From positions 1,568,001 through 1,632,000 of the forward strand of contig CAVYGB010000008.1 of assembly GCA_963767925.1 (NCBI GenBank): 64,000 bases of DNA. Reading direction: 5' to 3'. The notes under the pieces are model-generated. The model made no database searches, was not told where the DNA came from, and saw only the letters and a program-made list of their open reading frames with translations. This document shows positions 1 to 9,678 of this stretch, one piece after another. Numbering within the stretch: the stretch's first letter is position 1; every line of letters begins with the position of its first letter. Origin of the DNA: an uncultured delta proteobacterium (GTDB lineage: Bacteria > Myxococcota_A > Polyangia > Fen-1088). The translations under genes and the position numbers were made by a program.

Positions 1-648
1 GTCTACCGCTGCGTTAGCCGCGACACTGCCGCAGGCCTCGTGGGCTGGCTCCAGCAGCCGCGCCCGGCGTCGTCCCAGCTGTCGGTGCTGGTCGGCGCGG
101 CCAGCCGGCACGCGCCCGCGAGCCTGCGGCTGACCGAGGCATACGCGCTAGCCCGACAGCATGCACCTGCGCATGTGCTTGGCGGCATCGCCATCGCCGA
201 GCGCCACGCGCGCACCGGCGACGAGCACGAGCGCATCCTCGCCAAGACCGAGGCGGGCTGCCGCTTCTTCGTCACCCAGGCGGTCTACGATGTGACCGCC
301 ACGAAATCACTCCTGTCCGACTACGCGCTCGCCACCCGCCGGTCCGGCGTCGAGCCAGTGCCAATCATTCTCACGTTTTCCCCCTGCGGTTCCGCGAAGA
401 CGCTGGCCTTCATGCAGTGGCTGGGAATTGCCTTTCCGCGGTGGCTCGAGAACGAGTTGCGCCACGCGCCCGATCCGCTGGCGACCTCGGTGGGCCTGTG
501 CGAGAAGATCTATGCCGAGGCGTGGGAGTACGCCCGCGACAAGGGACTCCCGCTGGGAGTGAACGTCGAAAGCGTGTCGATCCGAAAGGCGGAGATCGAG
601 GCGTCGGTCGAGTTGTTCCGTCGGCTGCGCGCCCTGATGAGCCGGTAA
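1..648 (+). CDS. methylenetetrahydrofolate reductase-like protein (5' end outside window)
   Basis: Frame 1 is open from base 1 to TAA 646-648; motifs GGIAIAERH...EHERILAK..AGCRFFVTQAVYD and FMQWLGI resemble the MTHFR-like family. Confidence 0.7.
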   Translation, partial: VYRCVSRDTAAGLVGWLQQPRPASSQLSVLVGAASRHAPASLRLTEAYALARQHAPAHVLGGIAIAERHARTGDEHERILAKTEAGCRFFVTQAVYDVTATKSLLSDYALATRRSGVEPVPIILTFSPCGSAKTLAFMQWLGIAFPRWLENELRHAPDPLATSVGLCEKIYAEAWEYARDKGLPLGVNVESVSIRKAEIEASVELFRRLRALMSR

Positions 649-1670
649 TACCGTGGGCAGGCGCAGTTCTTCAGCGAGCTGCTCCGGCGTCTCGAGGCCC
701 TACCGGGCGTGAAGGGCGCCACCTTCGCGCGAGAGATGCCTTTCGGGCGGGTGTTCAATTCGTGGAGCTTCACGCTGGAAGACCGACCGGCACCCGCGGC
801 CGACAATCCCTGGTGGGCGAACGCCCGGGGCGTCGGCGATGGGTACTTTCGCACGCTGGGGATCCCGGTTCTTCAGGGCCGGGGCTTCGAGCCGGCCGAT
901 ATGCTGGCCCCGGACCCGCCAAGGTGGTCGTGATCAACGAGACCCTGGCCCGCCAGTACTGGCCTCGGGGCAGCGCCCTGGGCCATCGAATCCGGGCCTA
1001 TGAGCGAGATGTCGCCATCGTGGGCGTGGTGGCGGACACCCGCGGAACCTGCGATCAGTCGGGCTGTGCCGGCGCCGGAGCGGGACGGCTGGATCGGGCC
1101 CCGGTGCCCGAGGTCTACATCCCCAGCCAGGCCTTCAGCCAGAGCTACCTGGCGCTCCGGGCGGCCGGCCCATCCTCCACCGCTCTCGTCGGGCCGCTGC
1201 GCGAGACGGTGCGGGCGCTCGATCCCGGCGCGGTCATCAGCGAGATCCGCCCGATGGAGGCGGCGATCGACGACTCCCTGGACCAGCGCCGGCTCGTCAT
1301 GTTCCTCCTTGGCGCCTTCGCGGCGCTCGCGATGGTGCTCGCCGCCCTCGGCATCTACGGCGTCGTCTCGTATTCCGTCACCCAGCGAACCCGGGAGATC
1401 GGCGTCCGGATGGCGCTGGGCGCGAGCCCCTCGGGCATACGCACCATCGTCGTCATGCGGCTCTGTCTGGTCGGGCTCCTGCTCGGCGTGGCGGCCGCGC
1501 TGCTGCTCACCCGCCTGCTCGCGACCCAGCTCTTCGGCGTTTCGCCAGCGGATCCCGTGACCTTCCTGGGTCTCGCCGCCCTCATCCTGACGGTCTCGGT
1601 CGCCGGAAGCCTGGTCCCCGCTCTCAGGGCGACGCGCACCGATCCGATGATCGCCCTTCGCACGGAGTGA
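649..1670 (+). pseudogene. truncated ADOP/MacB-FtsX-type ABC permease (C-terminal half only, frameshift ~918)
   Basis: AQFFSELLRRLEALPGV...GYFRTLGIPVLQGRGF in frame 1, then VVINETLARQYWP...GIYGVVSYSVTQRTREIGVRMALGA...PALRATRTDPMIALRTE in frame 3; no N-terminal half or start codon. Confidence 0.75.
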
Positions 1671-1774
1671 GCCGCGCCCTGCGGGCGGCCGGGTCTGGCC
1701 GCGGCGCTCCTGCATATCCCTGGCGTACATCACGAACACCTGGTTGCTCCCGGCCCCGCGCGGTAAGGACGGGC

Positions 1775-2380
1775 ATGCTCTCGCCGTCGACGCCGCTTCT
1801 CCTGGGGTTGGCAATCAGCTGCCCGGCCTCGACTTTCTGCAACCGGATCGAGCCGCCCGCTGTGCTGGCAGCGCCGCTGGGCGGGACCGGGCGAACGGCG
1901 GTGACCCTGGCCTTTCGCGGCGTGCGCATCTTCGATGGCCAACGGATCCTGCCGCGGGCGAACGTGCTGGTGGGCGGCGATCGTATCTTGGCAGTGGGGC
2001 AGGCGGCCATCCCGCCTGGGGTGGAGGTGGTCGCCGCCGACGGCGGCACCTTGTTGCCCGGGCTGATCGACGCCCACGCCCATGTGTGGACGGCCAGCCA
2101 GCTCGAGCAATCCCTGGTGTTCGGAGTGACGACGGTGCTGGACATGTTCAGCCAGCCCGCCGTGGTCAAGCAACTGCGGGACACGGACGGTCCAGGGCGG
2201 GCGGACCTTCGCTCCGCCGGCATCGTGGCCACGGCACCCGGTGGTCACGGGACCGAGTACGGCTTCCCCATCCCTACCCTGTCACGTCCCGAGGAAGCCC
2301 GGGCCTTCGTCGACGCCCGCCTGGCCGAGGGGTCGAGCTACCTCAAGATCGTCTACGACAGCTACATGCCCACGCTGTGA
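1775..2380 (+). pseudogene. amidohydrolase family protein, C-terminally truncated
   Basis: GGTLLPGLIDAHAH metal-binding motif, FGVTTVLDMF, TAPGGHGTEYG; stops just after YLKIVYD, about half the length of the family. Confidence 0.65.
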
Positions 2381-2503
2381 GAGCGGCAGCTCCTGGTACT
2401 ATCGCGGCTCGAACACCTTCAGGGCGGCCGAGGTGCCGAAGGCCTGGAAGAAGCGCCTGACCTGGGCGCGTCACCGACCAGTCGACGGCCCGTCGATCAC
2501 GTG

Positions 2504-3133
2504 TCAGGGGAGGCGGCGCGCGCGGATAACGGCGTCGACACCGCTGCCCGCCGCTGCTCGCGGACGCTCCTCGGCGACGACGACCTCCCAGGAGCGCGGA
2601 TCGAGCGCGGCGGTGGCGGCCTCGACGGACACTTGCACCTGACCGGCGGCCGCGGTCGCAGCTCCGGTCGCGGGATCGACGGGGCGGTGGCCGACCATGA
2701 GCAACGTCCCTCCACGTGCGACGCCGCTCGCCATCCGCTGCACCATCTCGTCGACGGATCCCGCCACGTGGACATAAAGGCAGACGACGAGATCGTAGTG
2801 CGCGAGCGCCGCCGTCCAGGTGGCGAGGTCGCCCTCGACCCAGACGATGCGCTCCGCGAGGTCGGCCCCGAGGGCCTCGGCCGTCGAGCGCCCGTGCGCC
2901 AGCGCGGACGACGAGAAGTCGACCGCCGTGACCTGCCACCCATGTGCCGCCAGCCACAGCGTCTCGGCGCCGTGGCCGCAACCAGCATCGAGCGCGCGCC
3001 CCGGACGAAGGCCGTCGATCTCGGCGATCAGATGCGCGTTCGGGGGACGGTGCGCGACCTTGTCCCCGTGCTCGCGCAAGGTCTTCGACCAGAGCTTCTC
3101 CCAGAACGACCGATCGTAGGTTGGCGTCGTCAC
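2504..3133 (-). CDS. class I SAM-dependent methyltransferase
   Basis: RALDAGCGHG motif I, WQVTAVDFS, VEGDL. Confidence 0.85.
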   Translation of the reverse strand: MTTPTYDRSFWEKLWSKTLREHGDKVAHRPPNAHLIAEIDGLRPGRALDAGCGHGAETLWLAAHGWQVTAVDFSSSALAHGRSTAEALGADLAERIVWVEGDLATWTAALAHYDLVVCLYVHVAGSVDEMVQRMASGVARGGTLLMVGHRPVDPATGAATAAAGQVQVSVEAATAALDPRSWEVVVAEERPRAAAGSGVDAVIRARRLP

Positions 3134-3365
3134 GATGGCAGTTGCCTCATGCCAGCATCTTCACGGATCCGTCGGTTCCATGCACGCGGATGCGCTGCCC
3201 TGGACGCGACGGCAAGCGGAGAACCCGACGGCCGTCTCGCGAGCGCCTCGCCGATCCGTGCCACGTCCGGAGATGATGAGCATCGTCCTCAGAGCAGCGT
3301 CCCCCGCCCAGGGGAGCGAGGGACCACGGGGAAACCCTGACCACGCAAGCAACCAAGGAAGAAAC

Positions 3366-3857
3366 ATGGCAAACGACAACGCACGAGATCAGGACGCACC
3401 CAAGCCGGACCGCGCCTTGCAGCGCCTGAATCGCCTCGTTGGAACCTGGCGCATGAAAGGTCACGCCGTTGGTTCGAGCGAAGAGAACATCCTTGGCACA
3501 ACCACGTTCAAGTGGGTCCACGGAGAGATCGGCACCAGCTTCTTCCTGCAGCAGGACATGGATCTCGACTACGCCGGTACGTCGATCAAGAGCCGCGAGC
3601 TCATCGGCTACAATCCAAAAACCAAGGCCTTCTCGTCGTTCGTGTACTCGAACATGGCTCCCGATCCATGGCCCTACGACTGGGACATTCAAGGCGACAA
3701 GCTGACGATATCGATCAAGCACGGACCCATGAACGCATCGTTCGAGGGCAAGTTTTCGGAGGACGGCAAGAGCTTCTCGGGCGGCTGGCGCCCAAATCGA
3801 GGCGCCGATGAAACCATCAATTTTCCGTACGACATCCGCGTGTCCCGTACTGGGTAA
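3366..3857 (+). CDS. DUF1579-like beta-barrel hypothetical protein
   Basis: ATG at 3366 after AAGGAAG; LNRLVGTW...FFLQQD...ELIGY...FSEDG..FSGGW pattern. Confidence 0.6.
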   Translation: MANDNARDQDAPKPDRALQRLNRLVGTWRMKGHAVGSSEENILGTTTFKWVHGEIGTSFFLQQDMDLDYAGTSIKSRELIGYNPKTKAFSSFVYSNMAPDPWPYDWDIQGDKLTISIKHGPMNASFEGKFSEDGKSFSGGWRPNRGADETINFPYDIRVSRTG

Positions 3858-4191
3858 AACCCGGAGAGGGATCTTGCTGGGCCTCGCCTTGGCGGTCGGC
3901 GTGGGTGCCTGTGGCGAGGACGACGACCTGGACTTCGGCGCCTGCGAGCAGGCCACAGCCGTCCTCAGGCTTCGCACCGCCGATGGCCAGGCGACGATCG
4001 CCCGGGTGGAGCTCGAACCGATCTTTCCAGGTCGCGCCTGTACCACGTCCTCGCCCTGTGGACCGATGACGCCCGCCGACGCCGGGTCGGCAGCCTGCGC
4101 CGAGCTCGACGTCGTCTCCTGGGGGGCCCTCGGCTGCTCCGTCCGCCTGACCTCCCTCAGCGGCAAGGTCGTGACCGTCGAATCCGGGTGA
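3808..4191 (+). CDS. putative Cys-containing lipoprotein (start uncertain; may continue past a frameshift ~4187)
   Basis: Hydrophobic stretch and lipobox-like GLALAVGVGA-C followed by GEDDD; several Cys. Confidence 0.4.
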   Translation: MKPSIFRTTSACPVLGKTRRGILLGLALAVGVGACGEDDDLDFGACEQATAVLRLRTADGQATIARVELEPIFPGRACTTSSPCGPMTPADAGSAACAELDVVSWGALGCSVRLTSLSGKVVTVESG

Positions 4192-4490
4192 AGGCAATTC
4201 CTGGCAGCGAGCACCGGTGCCGCGATGACCGCGGCTACCTTCGCGACGTTCCGGACGTCGCCTTCGACCCGCCCCTGAGTCACGGTCGACCTCTCGTCGC
4301 CTTGACGGCCGCCACAGTTGCAGCCTGGGCGCCGGTCGGTGGGAGCCAGAAAGGGCACGCGGTAGCCGCGGCCGACGCACGGCGTGGGGTACCCTCGCCC
4401 GCCGGTGCGCGCCGAACATCCGGGGGATCCGCCCCTTCCGCCCGGCCGGCACCCTACACATCTTCGACGAGAGGGCTTCGACGGCTGTCC

Positions 4491-4802
4491 ATGAAGGTGA
4501 CCATCTACGCGACCAGATACTGCGGGTTTTGCGTCGGCGCGAAGGCCATCCTTGATCGACTGGGCATCCCCTATGACACCATCGACGTGACGGGCGACCG
4601 GGCCGCCCGGGCGGCCCTGGTCCAGCTCGCGGGCGGGCGGCGGACGGTGCCGGTCATCCTCATCGGCAGGGAGGTGATCGGCGGCTACGTGGAGCTGGCG
4701 CGGCTCGCGGCCAGCGGGGAGCTCCACCTCCGGCTGGAGGGCGACGACGCGGCCGCCCCCGCCAACGACGCCTTCTACCCACCCGGCTCCAAGACCGGCT
4801 GA
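4491..4802 (+). CDS. grxC: glutaredoxin (Grx3-like)
   Basis: MKVTIY...CGFC...RRTVPVILIG..VIGGY. Confidence 0.8.
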   Translation: MKVTIYATRYCGFCVGAKAILDRLGIPYDTIDVTGDRAARAALVQLAGGRRTVPVILIGREVIGGYVELARLAASGELHLRLEGDDAAAPANDAFYPPGSKTG

Positions 4803-4919
4803 CGGCCCCGCCCCGGGGCCTCGGCGGGCCCGTGTTATGGTCCGCCGCCGTGTCACGGACGACGTGGATCGACCTCGCCGCCGCGGGTGTCGTCGCGTGC
4901 CCGCCCCGGAGGCGGCGGC

Positions 4920-5926
4920 GTGAGCGACCTCGGCGCGAGCGCCCTGGTCGCCGATCGGTTCTCGATCGACAGGCTGGTCGATCGCGGGGGGATGGGCGTC
5001 GTCTACCGGGCCTGGGATCGTCGCAGTGGAGAGCCGGGCGACCAGGTGCTCGTCTCGGTCGTGCTGGCGGCCTCCCGGGCGGCGGTGGACGGATCCTCCG
5101 CCTCTCCGGCGGCACCGCTCGAGGACATCGAGGGCTTCGAGGCCGTGCGGGCGGCCATGGCCCGGTTCAACTGCCCCCTCGATCGGCTGCGCGATGGCTC
5201 GGTTGTCGCCACCATCTTGCCGCCTCACAGCGCGACGGATCAAGCGCGCATCGCCGCCCGCTGTGCCCTGGCCCTGCGCGATCGGATGCCCGGTGCCCGG
5301 CTGGCCGTCACCACCGGGCCCGCGCCCCGCGACGGCAGCACCCGCATCGGCGACGCCGTGGATCGCGCCATCCGCCTGGTCGAGACCGAGCCGGAGAGCG
5401 CGGATGGCATCCGGCTCGACTCCCTCACCGCCGGCCTGCTGGACGCCCGGTTCCTGACCGCCGCCCGGGGCGAGGCGCGCTGGCTGCTGTCGGAGAACCC
5501 CGATCTCGACGAGACCCGCCCGCTGCTCGGCAAGCCTACCCCCTGGGTGGGACGGGAGATGGATCTGGTCCAGCTCGAGAGCCTGATGGCCGCCGTCGTC
5601 GAGGAGTCGTTGGCCCGGGTGGCGCTGGTCACCGGGCCACCCGGCATCGGCAAATCGAGGCTGCGCCACGAGCTCAGCCGGCGGCTGCAGGGGCGTTATC
5701 CCTCGGAGGTCCGATGTGCAGCGAGCTGCTCCTCCGGGTCAGCGCCGCCGAGGCCCTGTACGAGGCCGGCGATCGGGACCGGGCCCGGATCGTCCTCGAC
5801 CAGGCGCTGGCCCGGATCGATCTACGGGCGGAGAAGATGACCGATCCCGGGCTCCGGGAGATCTTCCTGAACCGACGGGCCGAGAATCACCGCGCCCGGG
5901 CGCTGCACCTGGCCTGGCAGCGCTGA
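4920..5926 (+). pseudogene. internally deleted myxobacterial Ser/Thr kinase-AAA ATPase-TPR gene
   Basis: Only kinase subdomain I is present (DRFSIDRLVDRGGMGVVYRAWD); it is joined to the post-kinase region and P-loop GPPGIGKSRL, then in another frame to the typical C-terminus (..DPGLREIFLNRRAENHRARAL). Confidence 0.65.
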
Positions 5927-6047
5927 GGCGCCGGGAAGAGGGCCCAGCGAAGCGACAAACGTTTCCGCCGGCCTGACGACGACGGGGGCATCTTTACCAT
6001 GCTTTGACATGGGGTCTCGCCAGCCGCCGGTGTAAAGCTGTCCCTCC

Positions 6048-7247
6048 ATGCCGAGCACTGCGCATCGTCTCGGGATCGGCCTCGTCGTCCTCGGGCTGCT
6101 GGGTGCCCTGGCCCGCGACGCCGGCGCCCAGCGCTCGAAGGAGCTGGGCATTCCCTGGTGGATCTACGTCGGCACCTACACCGGACCGGAGAGCAAGGGC
6201 ATCTATCTCTTCCAGATGAAGACCTCCGAGAACCCCGACATCCCGGAGTTCGTCACCATGACGCCGCAGGGCCTCGTCGCCGAGACCCTGAACCCCACCT
6301 TCCTCGAGATCGATCCCAGGCGGCGCGTCCTGTTTTCGGTGAGCGAGGTCGACACCTTCCAGGGGAAGAAGTCCGGGTCGGTCAGCGCGTTCGCCATCGA
6401 CGCGGTCTCGGGCAAGCTGACGCTGCTGGGCCAGCGGCCCTCGCTGGGCGGACGCCCTGGCCACCTGGCGCTCGATCGGGAGCGGCGGCACCTGGTCGTC
6501 GCGAACCACAGCGGCAGCGTCGCGGTCTTCCCGGTGGCGCCCGATGGGAAGCTGGGCGAGCCCACCGACGTCCGCCAGCACAGCGGCAAGAGCGTCCATC
6601 CCGAGCGGCAGCAAGGTCCTCACGCGCAAGGCGTGACCTTCAGCCCCGACAACCGCTTCCTCTTCGTGTGCGACCTCGGGCTCGACCGGGTCGTCGCCTA
6701 CCACTTCGACGCCCGGACCGGGAAGCTGGCGCCCCACGAGGCTGGGCTCGCTCGGGTGAAGCCGGGCGCGGGCCCCCGCCGTCTGGCGTTTCGTCCCGAC
6801 GGCAAGTTCGCCTACCTGGTCAACGAGCTCGACTCCACCGTCACAACCTTCGCCTACGAGCCGAAGGCCGGCCTCCTGAAGAACCTGCAGACGCTACCGA
6901 CGGTCCCGCCTTATCACGACGGCCCCAACCGGGCGACCGAGCTGGGGCTCCTGCCCTCGGGCAAGTTTCTCTTCGTCTCGAACGCCGGGCACAACAGCGT
7001 GGTCCTGTTCAGCGTCGACGCCAGCCAGGGCACCCTCACCTACGTCGAGGATCAGAGCACCTACGGCACCATGCCCCTGCACTTCGGCATGGACACGCCG
7101 GGCAAGCACCTCGCCGTCGCCAACCGCGAGTCCGGCAACATCCTCATCCTGCGGGCGCCCGAGAACGCCCGCGTGAAGCCCGGGGGAAACGTGGTGAAGA
7201 TGCCGGGCGCCGCCTGTGCGGTCTTCCTCTCCCCGCCCGCCCGGTAG
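6048..7247 (+). CDS. pgl: secreted lactonase / 6-phosphogluconolactonase family beta-propeller
   Basis: Signal peptide, YVGTYT, RQQGPHAQ, CDLGLD, PGAGPRRLAF, YLVNELDSTV. Confidence 0.8.
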   Translation: MPSTAHRLGIGLVVLGLLGALARDAGAQRSKELGIPWWIYVGTYTGPESKGIYLFQMKTSENPDIPEFVTMTPQGLVAETLNPTFLEIDPRRRVLFSVSEVDTFQGKKSGSVSAFAIDAVSGKLTLLGQRPSLGGRPGHLALDRERRHLVVANHSGSVAVFPVAPDGKLGEPTDVRQHSGKSVHPERQQGPHAQGVTFSPDNRFLFVCDLGLDRVVAYHFDARTGKLAPHEAGLARVKPGAGPRRLAFRPDGKFAYLVNELDSTVTTFAYEPKAGLLKNLQTLPTVPPYHDGPNRATELGLLPSGKFLFVSNAGHNSVVLFSVDASQGTLTYVEDQSTYGTMPLHFGMDTPGKHLAVANRESGNILILRAPENARVKPGGNVVKMPGAACAVFLSPPAR

Positions 7248-7286
7248 TTCGGGCAGCGGCTCACTATTTTCTGCGACAGTCGCTAG

Positions 7287-8030
7287 CTAGGGGCAGTCGC
7301 CGTTGGCCTTGAGGCCGGCGTAGATGAAGCTGCAAGCGGTGTTGTTGTTCGCCGCGGCCTGGTAGGCCGCCTGGCACTGGGTCTTCTTGGCCGGGTCGGC
7401 GATGGCCGCGCAGCAGATCATCAGCTCGGAGCAGGTCCCGCCAAAAAGGCCATCGGGGAGCCCGCCATCGAACGGAAACGGAAACCCGCCGTCCGGGATC
7501 GGCGCAGGGTCGCTCAAGCAGGCCGGCCGGGTGCAGGGCGAGGCACTCTGGCACGCCTGGACGGTCTCCGCGCAGGTCTGACAGGCAGTGGAGGGAAATC
7601 CGCAGCCGGTGAGACAGGTGATGTCCCCGCAACCGCACCGGCTGTAGCACTGGATGAAGGTGCCGCAGGGGCCGCTGAAGTTCCCCATCTGGACGCCCGT
7701 GCCGTAGCAGGCCTTGAACTCGGTCTCGCACCGGGAAAACGTGCAGGTGTTGTAGGTGTCGAGCTCCGCCTGGGTGCAGGAGCTGGATCCTCCTCCGCCC
7801 AGCCCGCAGCCCAGGCTCGGCATCCCGCCGCTGCCGCCGGTGCCCCCGCCGCCACCGCTGCCGCCGCCGCCACCGCTGCCGCCGGCCCCGCCCGTGCCCC
7901 CTGCCCCACCCGAACCGCCCGTCGCCGGCGCGTCCCCGCCGCCGCCGTCCCGTTTGACGGTGCTGCCGCTGCCACAGGCGGCCATTCCGGCGGTCAGAGC
8001 AACCACCACGACGACGAGAGGCGTTCGCAT
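7287..8030 (-). CDS. Cys-rich lipoprotein with Gly-rich linker
   Basis: Lipobox GMAA-C, GGxGG low-complexity linker, ~20 Cys in repeated CxxC-type spacing. Confidence 0.7.
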   Translation of the reverse strand: MRTPLVVVVVALTAGMAACGSGSTVKRDGGGGDAPATGGSGGAGGTGGAGGSGGGGGSGGGGGTGGSGGMPSLGCGLGGGGSSSCTQAELDTYNTCTFSRCETEFKACYGTGVQMGNFSGPCGTFIQCYSRCGCGDITCLTGCGFPSTACQTCAETVQACQSASPCTRPACLSDPAPIPDGGFPFPFDGGLPDGLFGGTCSELMICCAAIADPAKKTQCQAAYQAAANNNTACSFIYAGLKANGDCP

Positions 8031-8199
8031 GAGGAGTCTCCTGCGCCGGGATCAGAAAGCCGGCCGCTCATTGTGAAGGTCCCGCCGCGATCCCGTCAGA
8101 ATCCGCTCGAACCACGGAAGGCGTGCCGACCCGCGCGAGGTAGGTGGTCTCGCACCTCGCACCTCGCGCCGGACAGAGACCGTGCGCTCGTCCCGTCGT

Positions 8200-8829
8200 T
8201 CAGTCGACGACGCCGTCGAAGAAGTCGACCTCGCCGGTCTCGAGGTCGTACTCCGCACCGACGATCGACAGCCGGCGGTCGGAGATGAGCTGCTCGAGCA
8301 GGGGAGAGCCGCGCAGGTGATTGGCCGAGGCGACGACGTTGGCCCGCACCGCCTCCCGGATGAGGGCGTTGCGCTCGCGGGGCCGACCGGTCTTCATGAG
8401 CGGCTCGACCGAGGGAACCACCCGGTCGACGATGGCGCGCAGGTTGCGCGACTCGTTCGCTCCGGGGGACTCGAGGCTCTCGAGGGTGGCCAGGATGACT
8501 CCACACTGCGAGTGGCCCATGACCACCACCAGCCGGGTTCCGTACCGGGCGGCCGCGAACTCGATGCTGCCGACCTGGGAAGGCGCGACGATGTTGCCCG
8601 CCACCCGGATGACGAAGAGGTCTCCCAGCCCTTGATCGAAGACCATCTCGGCCGGGACCCGCGAGTCGGAGCAGCCGAGCACGGTGGCGAAGGGCTGCTG
8701 GGCAGCCGCCAGCTCGGCCCGGCGGGTGTGGCTGAGCAGGGAGTCCAGGCTCCGCACGTTGCCGGCGAACCGACGGTTTCCCTCACGCAGGCGAAGCAAC
8801 GCCTCCTTGGCCGAGATCTGGGGGGTCAC
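8200..8829 (-). CDS. beta-class carbonic anhydrase
   Basis: GCSDSRV, GDLFVIRVAGN, MGHSQCG zinc ligands; GTG start at 8829. Confidence 0.9.
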   Translation of the reverse strand: MTPQISAKEALLRLREGNRRFAGNVRSLDSLLSHTRRAELAAAQQPFATVLGCSDSRVPAEMVFDQGLGDLFVIRVAGNIVAPSQVGSIEFAAARYGTRLVVVMGHSQCGVILATLESLESPGANESRNLRAIVDRVVPSVEPLMKTGRPRERNALIREAVRANVVASANHLRGSPLLEQLISDRRLSIVGAEYDLETGEVDFFDGVVD

Positions 8830-9086
8830 GGCCGCGGAACGTACCACGGTCCCCGCCCAGCAGGACCCCGTCCGCGCCGATGCCGCCCTGCCCTCTTGTT
8901 CGCGCTGCGCAAACTCCGGAGGTGGTCGGGGCCACATGATGCCGGCGTTTCCGTCACGTGTCTCCGTCGCTGCGACGGTGCTGGTGGCGGCCGGCCCGGC
9001 TGCGGCGACCGGCGAGGCCCACCGGCGACGGAGCGCGGCTCGGGGTCCGAATCGGGTGCTGTCCGGAGTAAGGTGCGGGCTCGAAC

Positions 9087-9467
9087 ATGCGCCTCATCTG
9101 GATCGGCCTCGGCGGCGCCGCCGGCACCGTGGCCCGTCACCTGGTCGGCCTGGCCGCGCAGAGGCTGCTGGGCACCGGCTTTCCCTACGGCACCCTCTTC
9201 GTCAACGCCCTGGGCTCGTTCCTCCTCGCCATCGTCATGCACGCCGGTCTCACCAGAGGGCTGATCTCGCCCGAGCTGCGCACGGTCCTCGGAACCGGCG
9301 TGCTCGGCGGGTTCACGACCTACTCGAGCTTCAACCAGGAGACCCTCGGGTTTCTCGTGCGTGGGTCGATCCTCTCGGCGATTGCCAACGTCTCGATGAC
9401 CGTGGTTGTGTGCCTGCTGTCGGGTGGTGTCGGCTTGTGGCTGGCCCGTTCCTGGTTCGGACCCTGA
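9087..9467 (+). CDS. crcB: fluoride efflux channel FluC/CrcB
   Basis: GGAAGTVAR, FPYGTLFVN, GTGVLGGFTTYSSF signature. Confidence 0.93.
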   Translation: MRLIWIGLGGAAGTVARHLVGLAAQRLLGTGFPYGTLFVNALGSFLLAIVMHAGLTRGLISPELRTVLGTGVLGGFTTYSSFNQETLGFLVRGSILSAIANVSMTVVVCLLSGGVGLWLARSWFGP

Positions 9468-9678
9468 ACGGGGCTGCAGCAGCGACATATCCAACACTCG
9501 ACTCTCGGGTGCTTATCGTCTAGAAGCGACCTGGCCAGGGCCTGATCGGGGGGCCTGGCTACGGGGCCGGGTGGCGGTGTGGAGGGCGGGCGGGAGCTCG
9601 GCGTTTTCAGTCATCAACGAGGTGGCCTCCATGTGGTCAGCGATCGGGTTCGAGTGTTCGAGCAAGCGGCGGGGCTGG

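Noticed and set aside
646..660. Stop-codon readthrough fusing the MTHFR-like gene to the ABC permease
   Set aside because: In-frame TAA junction, but the permease lacks its N-terminal half and the domains are unrelated; better explained as a deletion junction
3155..3276. Inverted repeats (CACGGATC/GATCCGTG, CCGTCGG/CCGACGG) between the methyltransferase and DUF1579 genes as another element copy
   Set aside because: No CTAG ends and no GA core; short stems are expected by chance at this GC content
6004..6038. sigma70 promoter for the lactonase
   Set aside because: TTGACA is present but the nearest -10-like hexamer is 23 bp away
8830..9086. Fluoride riboswitch upstream of crcB
   Set aside because: No GGCGATGG...CTGATG-type consensus visible in the spacer
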